From Hormiphora californensis (taxonomy: Eukaryota > Animalia > Ctenophora), in NCBI GenBank assembly GCA_020137815.1, contig CM035355.1:2108001-2172000 (forward strand): a stretch of 64,000 nt of DNA. The letters run 5' to 3'. Position numbers and translations under genes: made by a program. The notes beneath the pieces were generated by a model. The model worked only from the letters and a program-made list of their open reading frames with translations. It did no database searches and was not told the DNA's origin. Numbering within the stretch: the stretch's first letter is position 1; the number at the start of each line of letters is the position of its first letter. This document shows, one piece after another, positions 38,435 through 53,016 of this stretch.

Positions 38435-40704
38435 ACCTCTTTCTGACTCTCTCTCTATCATGTGTTAATTTCTATGCATAACAAAATGTTCACCCTTGTC
38501 CAAAAGATCTACATTCCAGATATAAAATCTCTAATTATTGTACATAAATTTTTCTTTTGTTCCATCGTCTAATCTTCCTAGTACATTAAAAAAGTTTTTT
38601 ACATCCGTAATAAGATTTTAAATTTAAAGGGTTCCATGGGGGGGACGGAAAAAAAACCCAAGGGGAATGCCAGAAGGGGGAAAAGAAAATTTAAAAAAAG
38701 AAAAAAAATTTTGAAAAAAAAATTTAAATTTTGTTTTTTACTCACCCCCCCGGCCCCCTCTAACCTTTTGCCCCCGGGGGTTTAAAAAAAAAGGGGGGTT
38801 TTTTTTTTTTTTCCCCCCCCCCCCTTCCTTTTTTCCCAGCTAACTCTGCTCTACGTTCTAAATTACCCCAAACGACGGAAAAAATTTTTTAGAGACCGGA
38901 GGTTTTAAAAGCATGTAGGTTTCATGATTCAGAACCTTTTTAGTTAAATAGAAACAATAACACCATTTTCGTTAGCATAAACATGTAAAAAAATTTTAAA
39001 AACCTTTGATCCTTTAGCCCCCTGTCTACAAGTCTAAACTCCTCCCATTCCTCCTCCCGGGTTTCGGTGTAAACAACAAAAACTGGTTAGTGAAAGGAGA
39101 AAATGTCTAACTAAGTGTTTATGAAACCCCTTTATAAAACCAAAATTACGCGCCGAAACCACCCAAAGAATTGTTAAATGATAACTATTGATGCCCTTTT
39201 CCTTCCTACCCTCCCAAACTCCTCGCAATACCTTTCCACTTAATTGGATAAATTCCCAAAACCCTTTTCCCTTTTTCTCCCTTTCCCCCCCCTTTCCCTT
39301 TTTTCCTCAAAACCCCCAAAAACTTTTACTCCCCCGGGGATTTTCCCCTTTAACAAACGGGTTTTGGGTGTCGAAAAATATTTTCCCTTTTTTCCCTTTG
39401 GGGAAAGGGAAAAGGGAAAAGGATCCGCCCAGCATTTTGGCGGCCTCAGCTATCACTATCTCTCTCTCTATATGGGAAGCAGCAAATTTCAGGTCTTTAA
39501 AAACTAAAATTTAGAACCATTCAATTATGACTAATAAGAAGTTGTTCATTTTATGTTTCCATAGCTTTGATAATATAAAGTCAAATTTCATTTCTTTTAT
39601 ATAAATTAATTAGGATATTGCTATTAACGCGTCGCTTGATTTTAAGCACAGGTTATTCACAAAATACTGCCCCATCGCGTCAGAAACCCAACTCTTCTTC
39701 CTTCTTTCAACGTCGGGATAAGGCGATTAAGACCTCTAACCTGTAGGTTAGAGGTAAATTCAGTCTATGTTCTAGTCTCTCTCTGCAACATTGCCTATTT
39801 GGAACTTGTAACAAGAATTATTATTGCATTATGTTTCATAATGCTGTGTTTCCCTGCCAACGAACACTCGAACCGATCACTGATAAACTATGAGATCTGG
39901 TAAGCGCCGCTCACAGTCACACCAGACGATACCGTGCAATGTGATATGATCGTCGTCCGCCAACGCCTAATTACAATGTTATGTGACACCAAGCTATGCA
40001 TGGGAAACTTCTCACGTTCCCTCCAGTCACCATACTAACGAGCTGAGCTTTCAACGCCTTTTAGTTTTCAATCAGATTTACCAAGAAGTTAAATCCATTC
40101 GAGCGCTACGGGTATGCTGTAACGCGCGAGGTGTGTATACATACGCTGCATTGAGAGTGTGCGCGCGCAGCAAATTCTGAGCGCGCGCCACCGAAATCCG
40201 TACTGTAATAACTTTGCGGACGAACTTTTCAAAATTGTCAGCATCGCGGTTGTCAGGCTGCTACCGTGACACACGCGATTTTGACCACGCTCGAGTTACT
40301 ATTTCAAATCCGAGATTTCTAAACCCTTTATGATCTTTTTAGCACACGTGCTAAAACGATCATCCGGGTGGATGCCCTTCGGGCATCCACCCGGGCAGGG
40401 AAAAAATTCCAAAAGATCCTAAAAAAGTTATAATATCAAATGATAGTATCACTGATACTATACTTCTAGATTGCAAAACAAGATACCTGTATGACACGGT
40501 GCTAGATACAGTGATCAGATACACGCTATCAAACACTGAAGAGTGTGAAATACACACTCTGCTGCTCCAATCTCAGCTGTATGTGATGCTTGATAGAAAC
40601 AGAGAATAGGAGTTTATGTAGAGTTCTTTTTCAGTATAAAATGAACATGTATCTACGTATAAAATGAACAACGCTTTGTATGCTAAACTCTTCCTGAGAC
40701 CGAG

Positions 40705-40840
<136 letters not shown>

Positions 40841-40978
40841 GTTCCCTTGATATGATTTTACTTTTAAAATTTTGCGTGTCAGGTAGCCCTCTTCTGATAT
40901 ACCATGAGAGAATCTCAAATGAGAGAGAAAGATCGGAGCGAGATATTAATACGTCTTTCAAAGATGACATAATATGTA

Positions 40979-42382
40979 CCGTAAGTTGGGGTAACTTTGT
41001 ACCACTTTTTAGCATTCTCCTAAAATAACTCCTTGCCAGAACCACACTCGAAAATTTTTGAACCAAATAATCCCGTTCCAGACCTAGTACACCAGATATA
41101 ACTAGTGAAATTTTTGGTCCCCTTTCATTTAATTACATTAATCAACGTGTATTTTAGTGTAAGTGGGGTTTTAGGACATGGGGTAACTTTGGAATGAGGG
41201 TGGGGTAACTTTGGACACCCGTCCAAAGTTACCCCACGATAGTAATATTGGAACAAACATAAATCCGAACATTTTGTAATGATACATAAATGAACCTAAA
41301 ATGTTTAAATGGAGTTTAAATGGGTCAATAAATTAAAAAAAGAACAATAGGGTTAGCCAAACGCCCCATGATTTAAAAAAAATGGTTGATCTCGACTCAA
41401 CTTTTTTGGGTGTGAGGAATAACTAACCACCAAATAAAATTTCAGCTCAATCGGACTTGATTTAGAGGTTGCCACATCCGGCCTGAAACCCATCAAACTT
41501 CAATAATTTGGGGTCCCTCATCCACCCTGTAGTTTGGTAGATGGTATTGAACCTCTAGGCGAGTGTGTTAGTTCTTTTGCTGAATTGGATAGACAGGAAG
41601 TGGTATACTTATGGGTACTTGCTAAATAAAGGAGTTTTGGTATCTCCATGCTCCTGTATAGATTGTCTACAAGAACTAACACACTCGCCTAGAGAGCCAA
41701 TACCATCTAACAAGCTACAGGATGGATGAGGAACCCCAAATTATTGAAGTTTGATGGGTTTCAGGCCGGATTTCTGTGATTTAGCTCCATAAAATAGTCC
41801 AAATCCTAGTTGTTTTCACTAACCTATCGAATATATAGATGGAAATGGGCGTGGAGTGGGCTGAATCTTGGTTATATCAGCCCTAAACAATTCAGAGAGG
41901 GTCTAAGGCATCTCTACAGACATCAAAAGTTCAAAACCTATAGTGTGGGGTAACTTTGGCACCCCGTCCAAAGTTACCCCAAAATTCAAAAAACGGTGGG
42001 GTAACATTAGCCACCCCTATTAGTCTCAATTAAAGTAATTGATCGGGTTTGAAAAATGGTGCCCCGAATTATTTGATCGAAACCCTTCCACTCTATGGAG
42101 CAAACTTGATTCGGTCATTAGCCCGGTCAAATCTATGGTACCCATTTTGATTTGAACATTTTTAGCGATTTTGAGATCAATTATGTTTGCCCCTAATTAG
42201 GAGCCAATTAGCATAGAATTGAAAAAAATAATTGTACCGTTAGTTAGACATTTGTGGGTCAATTACTTGTACACCCAAAAATTATGCCAAATATGTCGTT
42301 ATCTGTTGGTAATTTTGGACTAAAGCCAAATTTTGAAAGTGTCCAAAGTTACCCTGCAAAACAAAGTTACCCCAGATTACGG
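40979..42382. mobile_element. 1404-bp non-autonomous TA-target (pogo/Tc1-mariner-like) element
   Basis: TA|CCGTAAGTTGGGGTAACTTTG...CAAAGTTACCCCAGATTACGG|TA. Multiple internal GGGGTAACTTTG/CAAAGTTACCCC copies and an internal inverted repeat at 41476-41771. Confidence 0.85.
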
Positions 42383-42682
42383 TACTTTGTTTGTCAAAAA
42401 TTAATTTTGGCCACCTATAGTAAAGCATTGTTATGTCTCTCTAGATGATGTAAAGACTCACAACAAATGCATGGCATGCACTAAGACAGAATTAGGGCCA
42501 CTACGAGAGTCGAGATCTGAGCTATGATAATACTGAATCTCAACAAAATGCTACTAACCGTTCCTCAGATGAAAGACGATTCAGAATTTATGCAAAACAG
42601 GAACTAAAGTTCTGGCAGATAAAATGGCAAGGAGATAACGATGAAGCGAAAATGTAGAGAGATAGAAGGATATGCAGATAAA

Positions 42683-42736
<54 letters not shown>

Positions 42737-42790
42737 GAGAGAGAAATAGAGAAAGAGAGATAGAGAGCAAGAGAAATATATAAAGAGAAA

Positions 42791-42823
<33 letters not shown>

Positions 42824-44720
42824 ACTTTTGATAATGGTTACTTTTATTCTGGAGCTATAGTTCTTCCAACCAATAGGCCAGTCCATTAACTGCTACCGTG
42901 GCAATTAAAGAGCGAGAAAAAAAGTAAACCAAGAGAAAGGGTGGGAGAGATAAATCAGAAAGGTTAGGATGAAATTTCAAAATTTAGAACACATGTCTCG
43001 TCCCATCGCATGGACTCCCGTCCTGCGTGTTCCAATACCTTGTGTAGCAGGTTGGGATCATCTTTCTCCCTCCTCTTTTTCTTCTTCTTATTGGGCCGGG
43101 CCAGACCAACCAGGGAACCCAGGGTCCTCATTGAACTCTCCATGGTGGGGAAATTAGCGAAATAAAACAACAAAACTGATACTAAAGTTACAAATCTTAT
43201 ATTGAGTCACAATGATATCACGTCATTGGTGTAGATCTGCCCACGCACAAGTCCGAATACAACTCATGTGAACTGAGAAACAACTAGAAAGCGTGTCCTC
43301 TGCCTAGACAGGTCTCTTCCTTTATCCGATATATATAATGCCGACTAATGATTAAGCTCAAGATGTAGCTATTTTCAAAGGTATCAACTTTGAGGGGTGA
43401 GTGAATATAAGCTGATAATATCGCGGGGGCGTCCATTCTACCCAGTAACACGGTATATGTGCCCTGCCTCACTATAGTAAAATGCTAAATAATTTCCAAT
43501 AATCCAGGATCTCTTTCTCTCTTTCTCCAGAGAATCTCGCCCGCAAATGATGCACTTAATTGCATATCACATAGTTTCATGACGATTACGTGACGCAAAA
43601 CAATTTGAGGTCTCATTATTTCAGCTACGTAGCACTACAAATGCATATGCCGTGTGTGCATTGAAGTTTAATTGTGATTCGTGATGCATGTGGATGGTGG
43701 AGGAGGCGTGATCTAGTTTTAGGAACAAAAGGACCCATCACTAGACGTGAGTTGTGGAATATTAGATGGACCCCTTACAGTATAGGGTTTGATTCATTAT
43801 TCAACCAGACGTGATCTAGGGATCATGGGGCATGCAACTAAAGGAATGAATAATTCACTTGAAACTCAGTTTAAAAAAACACTACCAATTAAAGCTGACT
43901 ACCAGTACCACCAACTATAAACTTCTTTGAAACACTCCTGGCAGTGGAAAAAGACGGTTTTGGGACAAAGTGACACATACTAAAATAACGTCAACAAATA
44001 ACAGTTTACACTTGGACAGTGTGAAATTGCACGGGGGAGCTCGGCCTCTCTCTTGATGTGTGTGAGGTGGAGCTATAATTGACTCGTAATGGGATTAATA
44101 GGCCGGGACTAGCTGTCTCATTATCTTTCCACCTCTCCCTGTCAAGCCAGGACAGCCGGATTTAATCAAGATTACAAACATAGATCGATAGATGGGCCGG
44201 TTATCGAGGAGAGAGGGAGGTTACAATACTCGAATATTATACAAAAGGAATAAGATACAGATAGACGTTTTGTTGTTTTGAAGTTATTGGTTATGTAACC
44301 ATGTATTTGGTTCAGATGCTAATTTTCCAGTAATTGATCAAACAAAATATCAATTATCTAAACATTAAACAATGCCCAAACAAGAATTGTTGTATTCTAG
44401 GTTTAGTAGCTGTCTCTAGAACACCTAAAGTGTTGCACTTGTAGAGAAACAGAACCCAAAGTACTGAGTACCCATCACATGCCCATAAGGGTGTGGTATA
44501 AAATATGGGATAGTCATGAATAGTTTTCTAATCCAGTGTTAAAAGTTCATTTGGACAGACCTAATAAACATATACGGGGTAAGAAGGTACTCGACAGGAT
44601 AGTAAGTTGAAAAGAGGGTTGGGCAAACTGGCCAACTTAAATGTCCTGAAATGTGTAAAAACTGTCGTACATATAGTTAGTAAAGTAAGATAGAGAGTGG
44701 AGAGAGAGAGAGAGAGAGAG

Positions 44721-44837
<117 letters not shown>

Positions 44838-44970
44838 AGTTAGGTCTGCGGCTATAAGACGAATATGTTGACAGCGTGGAATAAATACCTGGCTGTTTGT
44901 AGTTCACTTTTACTGTCCGACCTTTTAGGTCTCTATTTCCCTCATCTTTCTCTCTCTCCCTCTCTCTCAT

Positions 44971-45044
<74 letters not shown>

Positions 45045-45925
45045 CTTCTCTTCCAAATCTCACTACTACGCTCCAATACACTTGTCAGCACCCAGTATTA
45101 TAATAGGAGCAGCAGAGAAAATTGACTTAGAAAATGTGTTAACACAACAACTACATATTTCAAATGTTCACTGTCCCTATCATTTTACATGGTGATAAAA
45201 CAGTGCCCCCAGTTCCCAACTAAACCTGTAAACCTGTAAAACTAAACCTGCCAGGTACCTCACCTTACAGACAACCTGACACATTGTAAAACAACAATAA
45301 CAACATTATAATAGTCGACTTACAAAGTTGGGCATGAAATGCCCCCTTCCCTTATTCTTTCACTGTGTGCCCAATTATTACCTGTTCTCGGCACCGGATA
45401 CATAGTGAACCGCAGTTTAGCATTCCAAACCAGTACTAAATCGAGCCAAACTTGATACGAGTAGAGCGCTAAAAACGAACTAAGAAGCTAATAACGATTT
45501 TTATGATTTTATCAATTTTATGATTCTATTTTTAGACAATGAGTCTATGCTGAATCCAAAAGCTACAGTCGCCAGTTCAGATATTAACGCCAATTAGGAC
45601 ATTAACTTGAGAAAAGTCTAATAGAGTATCAACTACCCAGAGGTGTATTATATAGGAGTAGACTGGGTCAAAAGTACAAGATGACGACCCCTAATAATAG
45701 CTCAAAGGGTGTCTCAAAAACATAAGATATGCGGTAATGATTCAAAGACCCGACTCAACTGCTGCTGCTGCTGGATTTGCCAACAGTCAGCACGTTGCAG
45801 TTGTAGGCTCACACGACATCCTACAATAATTGTAAACTGTGTTCTTCTGGTGTGTGTACCAGATTTGAAGGCTGAAGGTTTGCAGAGAAAGGAAAGAGAG
45901 AGAGAAAGAGAGAAGAGAGAGAGTG

Positions 45926-45969
<44 letters not shown>

Positions 45970-48900
45970 AAATGTTCCCTGTTAGTTCCTTGTCCAACTA
46001 ACTGTAACGCTTTTTGAGCAGAAAACAGTTCGACGTTTGGGTAAGCCGCATAAAATACAAACGTAATTTTCATGCTACAGAGTCATAAATAGTCAAAATA
46101 CCATGTGCGTTAAACTTTGTAAGCCTGTCTAAGGCAATTTCCGGAGTGGTCTTATAAAGAAAGATGACAATGAATAAAATGAAAGACTCCCTGCACAGTA
46201 CATATACCCCTTCAATTCGATACTATCTGTAGAACTCCTTACCTGCCTGATTGAATTTTAGGTAACCCTAGAGCTCTCTCGATCTCTTACCTTCTTTCCC
46301 TAGAGCTCTTGGTAATCGGTATCTTACCTTCTTTCTCCTGAAGAGAGGAATCCGAATTCTGATGCGGAACATCTTGCCTCATTGATTGCCTGTCAGGATC
46401 CTCAATCCCAGAACTAATATCTGATTTAGTGCCAATGTTGTTGCGCTAGAGCAAGTTGAGTTGAGTGACGGCAAAGAGCAATTAGAGAGATAAAATGTTT
46501 TATGAAGGAGCAATCTCGTTGCTATCTCTGTAGAAGGGAACAAGGAAGTTTGACAGAAACACAACGCAGAGTTTTACATATGTTTTCTGACGGGCCACGC
46601 CGTCAAAAAGCTATTCTGTCTGTCTTTCTGTCTCGCTCTCTTTCCCTCTCTCTCTGTATCTTTCTCTCACTCTCTTTCTAAATTTATCTCTACTCTCTTT
46701 TAATCTCATATAGTGGGCCCTGCAACGGCCCGGTACAAAAAACTGTTTTCCACTTTTACTCATTCTCCGTTTGTTTTCCTCTCTATGTTTTCCTCTCTGT
46801 GTCTCTCTTTCTCTCTCTCTTTCTCTCTCTCTCTATCTATCTCTCTCTTTCACCATCTATCTCTCTCTCACACCACATCCCAACCTGAACTGCAACATTT
46901 TAAACAAACAAGTGCTACAGACATATTACATGGCACTGAAAAAAGAGATGAAAGGGACATTTCTGGAGAATCTTACTTGGTTAACACAATATCAGGTGAT
47001 ACATGTTTGATAATACTATGGCATGACCAATCGAGGTTTTACGAAGCATTGGCACAGTCGGAGATTTGTTAAACAGGGATTCTTCCTAATCCTACTTTTC
47101 ATGAGAAATCTCTCATGCATCTCGGATAGTATCTTTTGTAAGAGAATAATATCTTTTGTCACTAGTGTATCCTAAAGTCAGTTATATGCCGCATTATTAT
47201 TATGTACGTTCTGTTCACGCGTTCTTGCGAAGCCATACTTTATAAAGACGGCTTTCTGTTCACGCTTTGTTGCAGACAGAAAGGAAAACGCTATACTCTT
47301 CTGAGATAGCCCCATGTTCGAAATCCCTCTCTATAATCTCTTTTGCTCTAAATTCAGATAGTTTTGTCCTGGGAAGATTCTTAAGCTATCAAACAAAGGT
47401 GCTTGATGATTTCAATTGTTTGACATAACTTGAGCGCAAAATTTCGTTAAATTTGAAAATAATTAAACGAAAACAAACAGAACGGGAGTGAGGGAGAGAT
47501 ATAGATGAAGAGATAAAGAGACATTTTATAGAAAATTAATGAAAATGCCGACAGATTAGGCATTACATATGACCGCTTAGTTTCTGAACTGGCTAACGAG
47601 CTAATTTAATGCCTCAACAAATGCCTGAAAGAACGCGTTTTCAGGTAGTGAGAAAAGTGTTAACTGATATACTTTCAGATATTGTGAGAAAACGAGAACT
47701 GAAGGAGGGGGGAATATAGAGTGAGATGCCCTACAACAGTCGACAGACATGTTTAAACTGTCTAGAAGGCACTTGGAAAGACTCTCAATCAAACGTGAGA
47801 CAAATCGACAAACTGACAAAACGTTGCATCTATGACAGACAGAGGGAGAGACAGGGAGAGAGAATTTTGAGATTTTAAGAGAACAACACAAAAGATAAGA
47901 GAAACGTAAATGCCAGGAAATGTTCGTCTTGTTTTCACGTTGAACTATGGAATCGTCCATGTATGAATTGGTTAATTCACAACGACTACAAAATCGTAAT
48001 GATGTCATCTGAAGGACAAGGGAAATACCACGTACATCAGAATAATAGGTTCAGGCCAAAGCTCTGACAGTCCAATACAATATGGAGGTTTAAACCAAAC
48101 ACGTACCTTTGAGCAAGGGATGAACTAACTCAACAAGTACCTTTACTTTATAGCAGCTGTAGGGGTACACCTTTAAATGCAAGGTTTTTTAAACACAACC
48201 AAATTTTTCCCAGTAGCCTACAAACCCTAAAAATTATAAGGTATGAGAGAGAGGGGGAAGGAGATCAGGATAGTACGCATATTGATGAGCCAATATTTAT
48301 TAAGCAACTGATACCCCACTGTAAAAACATTATTATAGTTCATCGATCACCACCGGATTGGCGCCAGTGGGTGCTTCAACGAAAGAGGGATCAGATAAGG
48401 TCTTCCTTTGCATATATTTATCAGGTCAACCGGGTAAAATATATTCGTTACCTAAATTGCATCGCCTGCTCTCCTTCAGAAGGAGTAAGCAAAGTCCTAT
48501 CAAGAGACAATTTAAATTCATAGTTTTGAGGACACGCTCTGATCACTCTTTCTCAGGAGTATTTAGAGATATGTTAAAAAGCAGGTCATTTCAAATAGGG
48601 ACCGACAAAGAAGGCAATGTTATATTCAGCTCTCTCTCTCTGAAGTCACACATAAGAGATGCTGCTTGTTTGACTACAAGCTGTTCTACAAGCTGAGTTG
48701 TTGACAGTTTCGCACTGCTGCGAATTTCAACTGACTGTGCGATGGGAGTGTTTCAGGAACAACGAGAATGGAATGAGAAACACGCAACACACGGGTGAAG
48801 GGAGGGAGGAAGAATAGAAATAATATCATAATTTGATATGATGAACTAGCGCTGATCTATTAAATTGTTGGGGGCGCGAAAATTGTGCACATATAGATCA

Positions 48901-51900
48901 CTGTACGGCCTATAAATTGAATACAAAGCTGAGTAGTTGCACAAAGTATTGATATTTATGCAAGCATATCGGGCCGAAATAGAGATGGCCGGGAGAACTA
49001 GGAGTAGAGAGAAGCTGGGAGAAAGAGAGATTATATGGGATGCTGGAATAGAGACCAGTATTTAGGGGTGTGTTTTGAGCTTTATGAATGAAGATTTTCC
49101 CGGGCGTATGGGGGACAAATAGGGGGAAAAAAAAACCCCTCCATTAAGGGAAATTTTAACCAAGGGAAAAATACTGGAGTTTTTTAACGATTTATTAGCA
49201 AATTTGAACTAAATAACCAACCACAGTTTGGTGTTTTGGTTTGATTGCAGCCCCCCAAAGTTTGTTGATTGTCCCCGTGCTCTCAAAAGTATAGGGTTTT
49301 TTAAAAGTAGGATTTTTCACACCTCCCTGAGAAGTGAGGGAAGTGCCAAAATATGCAACTGCCGTTTAGAATAAAGACTGTAAGAACGGGGAGAGAATGG
49401 GCGAGGCGGCTCGGCGACGTACCTACCAAAAAAGGGGTAGTTAATTTTTTAAATTGCTTCAAAAAGTGCAGCATAATTTTAGTCTGAACTATTTTTCGAC
49501 GGGGTTTTTGCAATTGTTTCCCTCCCCCCGCCTATATTTTTTCTTTTTCTCAATTATCCCCCTTTCCTTTACTCTCTCTCACTCTCTCCTCCTTTTCTCT
49601 CTCCTCTTTTCTCTCTTCCCCCTTTTCTCTCTCTCCTCTCTCTTTTCTCTCCCTCTCTTTGCGGTCCGTGGAGTACTTTACAAAGCAGTTACGGAGACTA
49701 GTGCTTCATTTCATACTTATTGCATTCTTGAAACAAACAACAAGGCACACCAGCACGTTATGCAATGTGTGATCATGAACGCCGCGTGATAAGTTTGAGA
49801 TTTGAGGGGTTATAGATCCGGGGGATGTCATAATAATAAAAATCCCCAAAACTTCAAAAACATTAACCTGACCCCTGAAATAGCAGAAAAAAACCCTCCC
49901 AAAAAAACCCCCCCATTCCCCCAAATTAAAATGAACCTGGAAAAATGGTCTTCCAAAATAAGGGTTGCGGGCGGGGTACCCCACTGTATTTAAAGGGCGG
50001 GGCTTACCCCAAACCTCCTATCGTTTTTAGCAGAAGTAAAAACCAAAAAAAACAATGAACTTTTATTAAAGACGTTAAAAGCATCAAAACCCTTCCTTTA
50101 GTTCGTTTGCTCATGTCTATTGTAAGAAAAAAAAATTTTCCCAGGTAGTTACGGGGTAGTTACTATGAATAATATCCTGTCAGAGCATTGGCCTGGCGAT
50201 ATTTCTTTCAAAAAGAGCGCACGAGAACATGAGAACAGTGGTCAGAGCATTGGCCTGACAGGTAGTATTAAACTCAAGTGAAAGCTTTTTCCGAGAAAAC
50301 AACAAAACATACAGAAACAAAATGACTAACTAAACGAACACATGTATGTCTGCATTGATATGGAAACCTGAATATTATATCTTATACAACACTATGTATA
50401 TGTGTGAGCAATTATATACCAGCAGCAAGTATTTGTCACAAAACAATTCCAAACTTTCACATTTGTTACGAAACCTCAACAGTAAATTGTTACATAAAAA
50501 ACGGTTCCACCCCTTGCTCAACAACATACATCTGCATATTTGTACCTCAACATAAAGGAGGGGGTCTAACGTTTTCGGAGGGGGGGGGGGGTCTAACCTT
50601 GTATTTGTCTACTAAGGCGCCTTGTTGAGACAACTTGAATGTCTACCGACAAGTGCTACATTTGTACTTAACCTACCTTTACCTATTTTGTATCCTAATA
50701 AGATATCACTGGCCACTGCGCTGGCAAGTTACAAAGACACAGCTGTGGAAAACCACCAGCTGTATATTTCACGTACCTCTCTGATTGCATGTTCAATGGG
50801 ATCACTGGCACGTCTTGACCGGAGAATGGCGGCCCGAGCGGACACCCCTATAGTTGCCATTATCCTCAACTAGAACACACACCTATAGAACTGAGGGGGG
50901 ATGGAATTCGGGGTTATTGGTGTGATTAATTCTATCAAAATAGTAAAAATACAAGCTGCTTGTTCTAAAGATATTGTATAAAATAAAGATGCACTCGGCA
51001 GGGGATATAGCAAGGCAAAGCAAGGAGATGAACGGAAAACCTAAAAAAGTTAGGTTACTGTCAGAATTCTCTTGACATATGACATATCTCGCAAAAACTT
51101 GTCTAAAACTCAGTTAGAACTCGTAAATCAAGGAATCTGAGCTTTCTACACAGAACAGAGCAAATATTTATAGGATATTAGAAGCCTAACAGCGTGGGTT
51201 GCAACGCTCGAAACGCGGAAGCTGACCCCGGAAATCCGGAATTCCCACGGTGTGAGTGACACAGTACAAACGGAAACAGAAACATGTTTTGAATCAGTGA
51301 AACGTACTTGGTAGTTAAAATGGGCGTGTCAGGACAATTCAGTGGCGGCATATTAAGGTCATTATGAAACCATACAACTCTCAACTGTGAATTGTATCGA
51401 CGGACATGGCGGCCAAAAGATGAACTATTTCTAACGGTGTGTGTGTTTATTTTTCTTCCTATAACAGCTTCTATCGGTTTTTTTTTTTTTTTTTCGACGT
51501 CAGCGCGGCCATTTCTCGATCCATGTGGCAGTCCGACTATTGGATGTGACAAGCAACGATAATAGCACTCAATACGGTCCCTTGCTTGACCCCGGTGACT
51601 TGCACCGACACTGTCTGTCTCACCCAATCACGAGTGTGTGCTACCAATCTCGATAGCACGCAGGCTCAGTTTTGTCAAACAAAGTTAATGACATGATTTC
51701 TACGCTACCTCTAGACAGCGCCTGCCAGCACGATAATGAGTAGGGATGTTGACAAACTGACGGACTGGTAGAGGAAAGGAAGGACTCTGGAGCGAGATCT
51801 AGGCTGCATGGCAGCCCAGATCGATGCTCGTGGAGCACTGCCAGTCACCGTGATAGGACTAGGGAGAAGGGAAGGGGGATGTTGGGGACGAGGTTGGGGA

Positions 51901-52012
51901 TTATAGGGAAAGAGGATGATAAGAAAAAGGATCAAATCAATATACAGTGTATATTATACACACTGCATATAAAGATAACATCCCGGCTGGCTCCTATCAT
52001 CATATTGACAAT

Positions 52013-52113
<101 letters not shown>

Positions 52114-52912
52114 GATAGAGAGAGGGGGGAGGGAGAACTGTACCACACACCCGATTGTATGCGGCTTATAATAGGTAGCGAGCACTGGTCACGGGTACGT
52201 GGTATCATCAGGGTTTCTGGAGATACATGGTCGTGACTGGCTTTGTTCTTGCATGTATAGGTTAATACGGTGTACTTGGGGTGAGTGAGTGATGCCGCTA
52301 GGTCCAAATTTTACATGGGTGTCCAGTGGATTGGAAAATGTTCCGCCAGATGGCTTTTCCAACCCCCTACCCACTGGCCAGCTGAAAAGTTTTGGTGGGA
52401 ATATGAGGGTGCGATCAGGCTAGCCGAAAGAGCGAGGAAGGGGAGAGAGAGAGAGAGAAAGAAGGGGGAAGAGAAGGAGAGAGGGCTAAGAGAGATGAGA
52501 GAGAGAGAGAGAGAGAGAGGTGAGAGAGAAGAAGAGGGACGAGGAGAGAGAGACTAGGATAGAGATGACTGGGAGACGACGACGATCTGAGAGGCCTTGA
52601 TAGAGAGAGAGATGAGAGAAAGAAGAGATACTAGTGCCTTGAGAAAGAGAGAGAGAGAAATGGCAAGAGAAAGATGAGGACAGAGAGACCAAGAAGTTAA
52701 GGGGATAGTAATTACAAAATAATCTAAACAAGAACTGGAAACACTGCCAAAGTGCAGGGAGGCCTGGGAATTCCCCGGACTGATAGAGAGAGGTAGGGAA
52801 GAGAGAGAGAGAGACGAGAGATTGATGAGAGAGAGGAGAGAGAGATGAGAAGCAGAGAGAGAGAGAGAGAGAGGAGAAGACGAGAGAGAGAGAGAAGAGA
52901 GAGAGGAGCGAG

Positions 52913-52963
<51 letters not shown>

Positions 52964-52967
52964 GAGG

Positions 52968-53016
<49 letters not shown>

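Noticed and set aside
38500-39500. Homopolymer-rich segment
   Set aside because: It appears to be a noisy duplicate of ~37650-38470 (e.g. TTACTCACC at 38738 versus 37885) and is likely an artefact. Similar noise occurs at ~49080-50150 and ~53300-53750.
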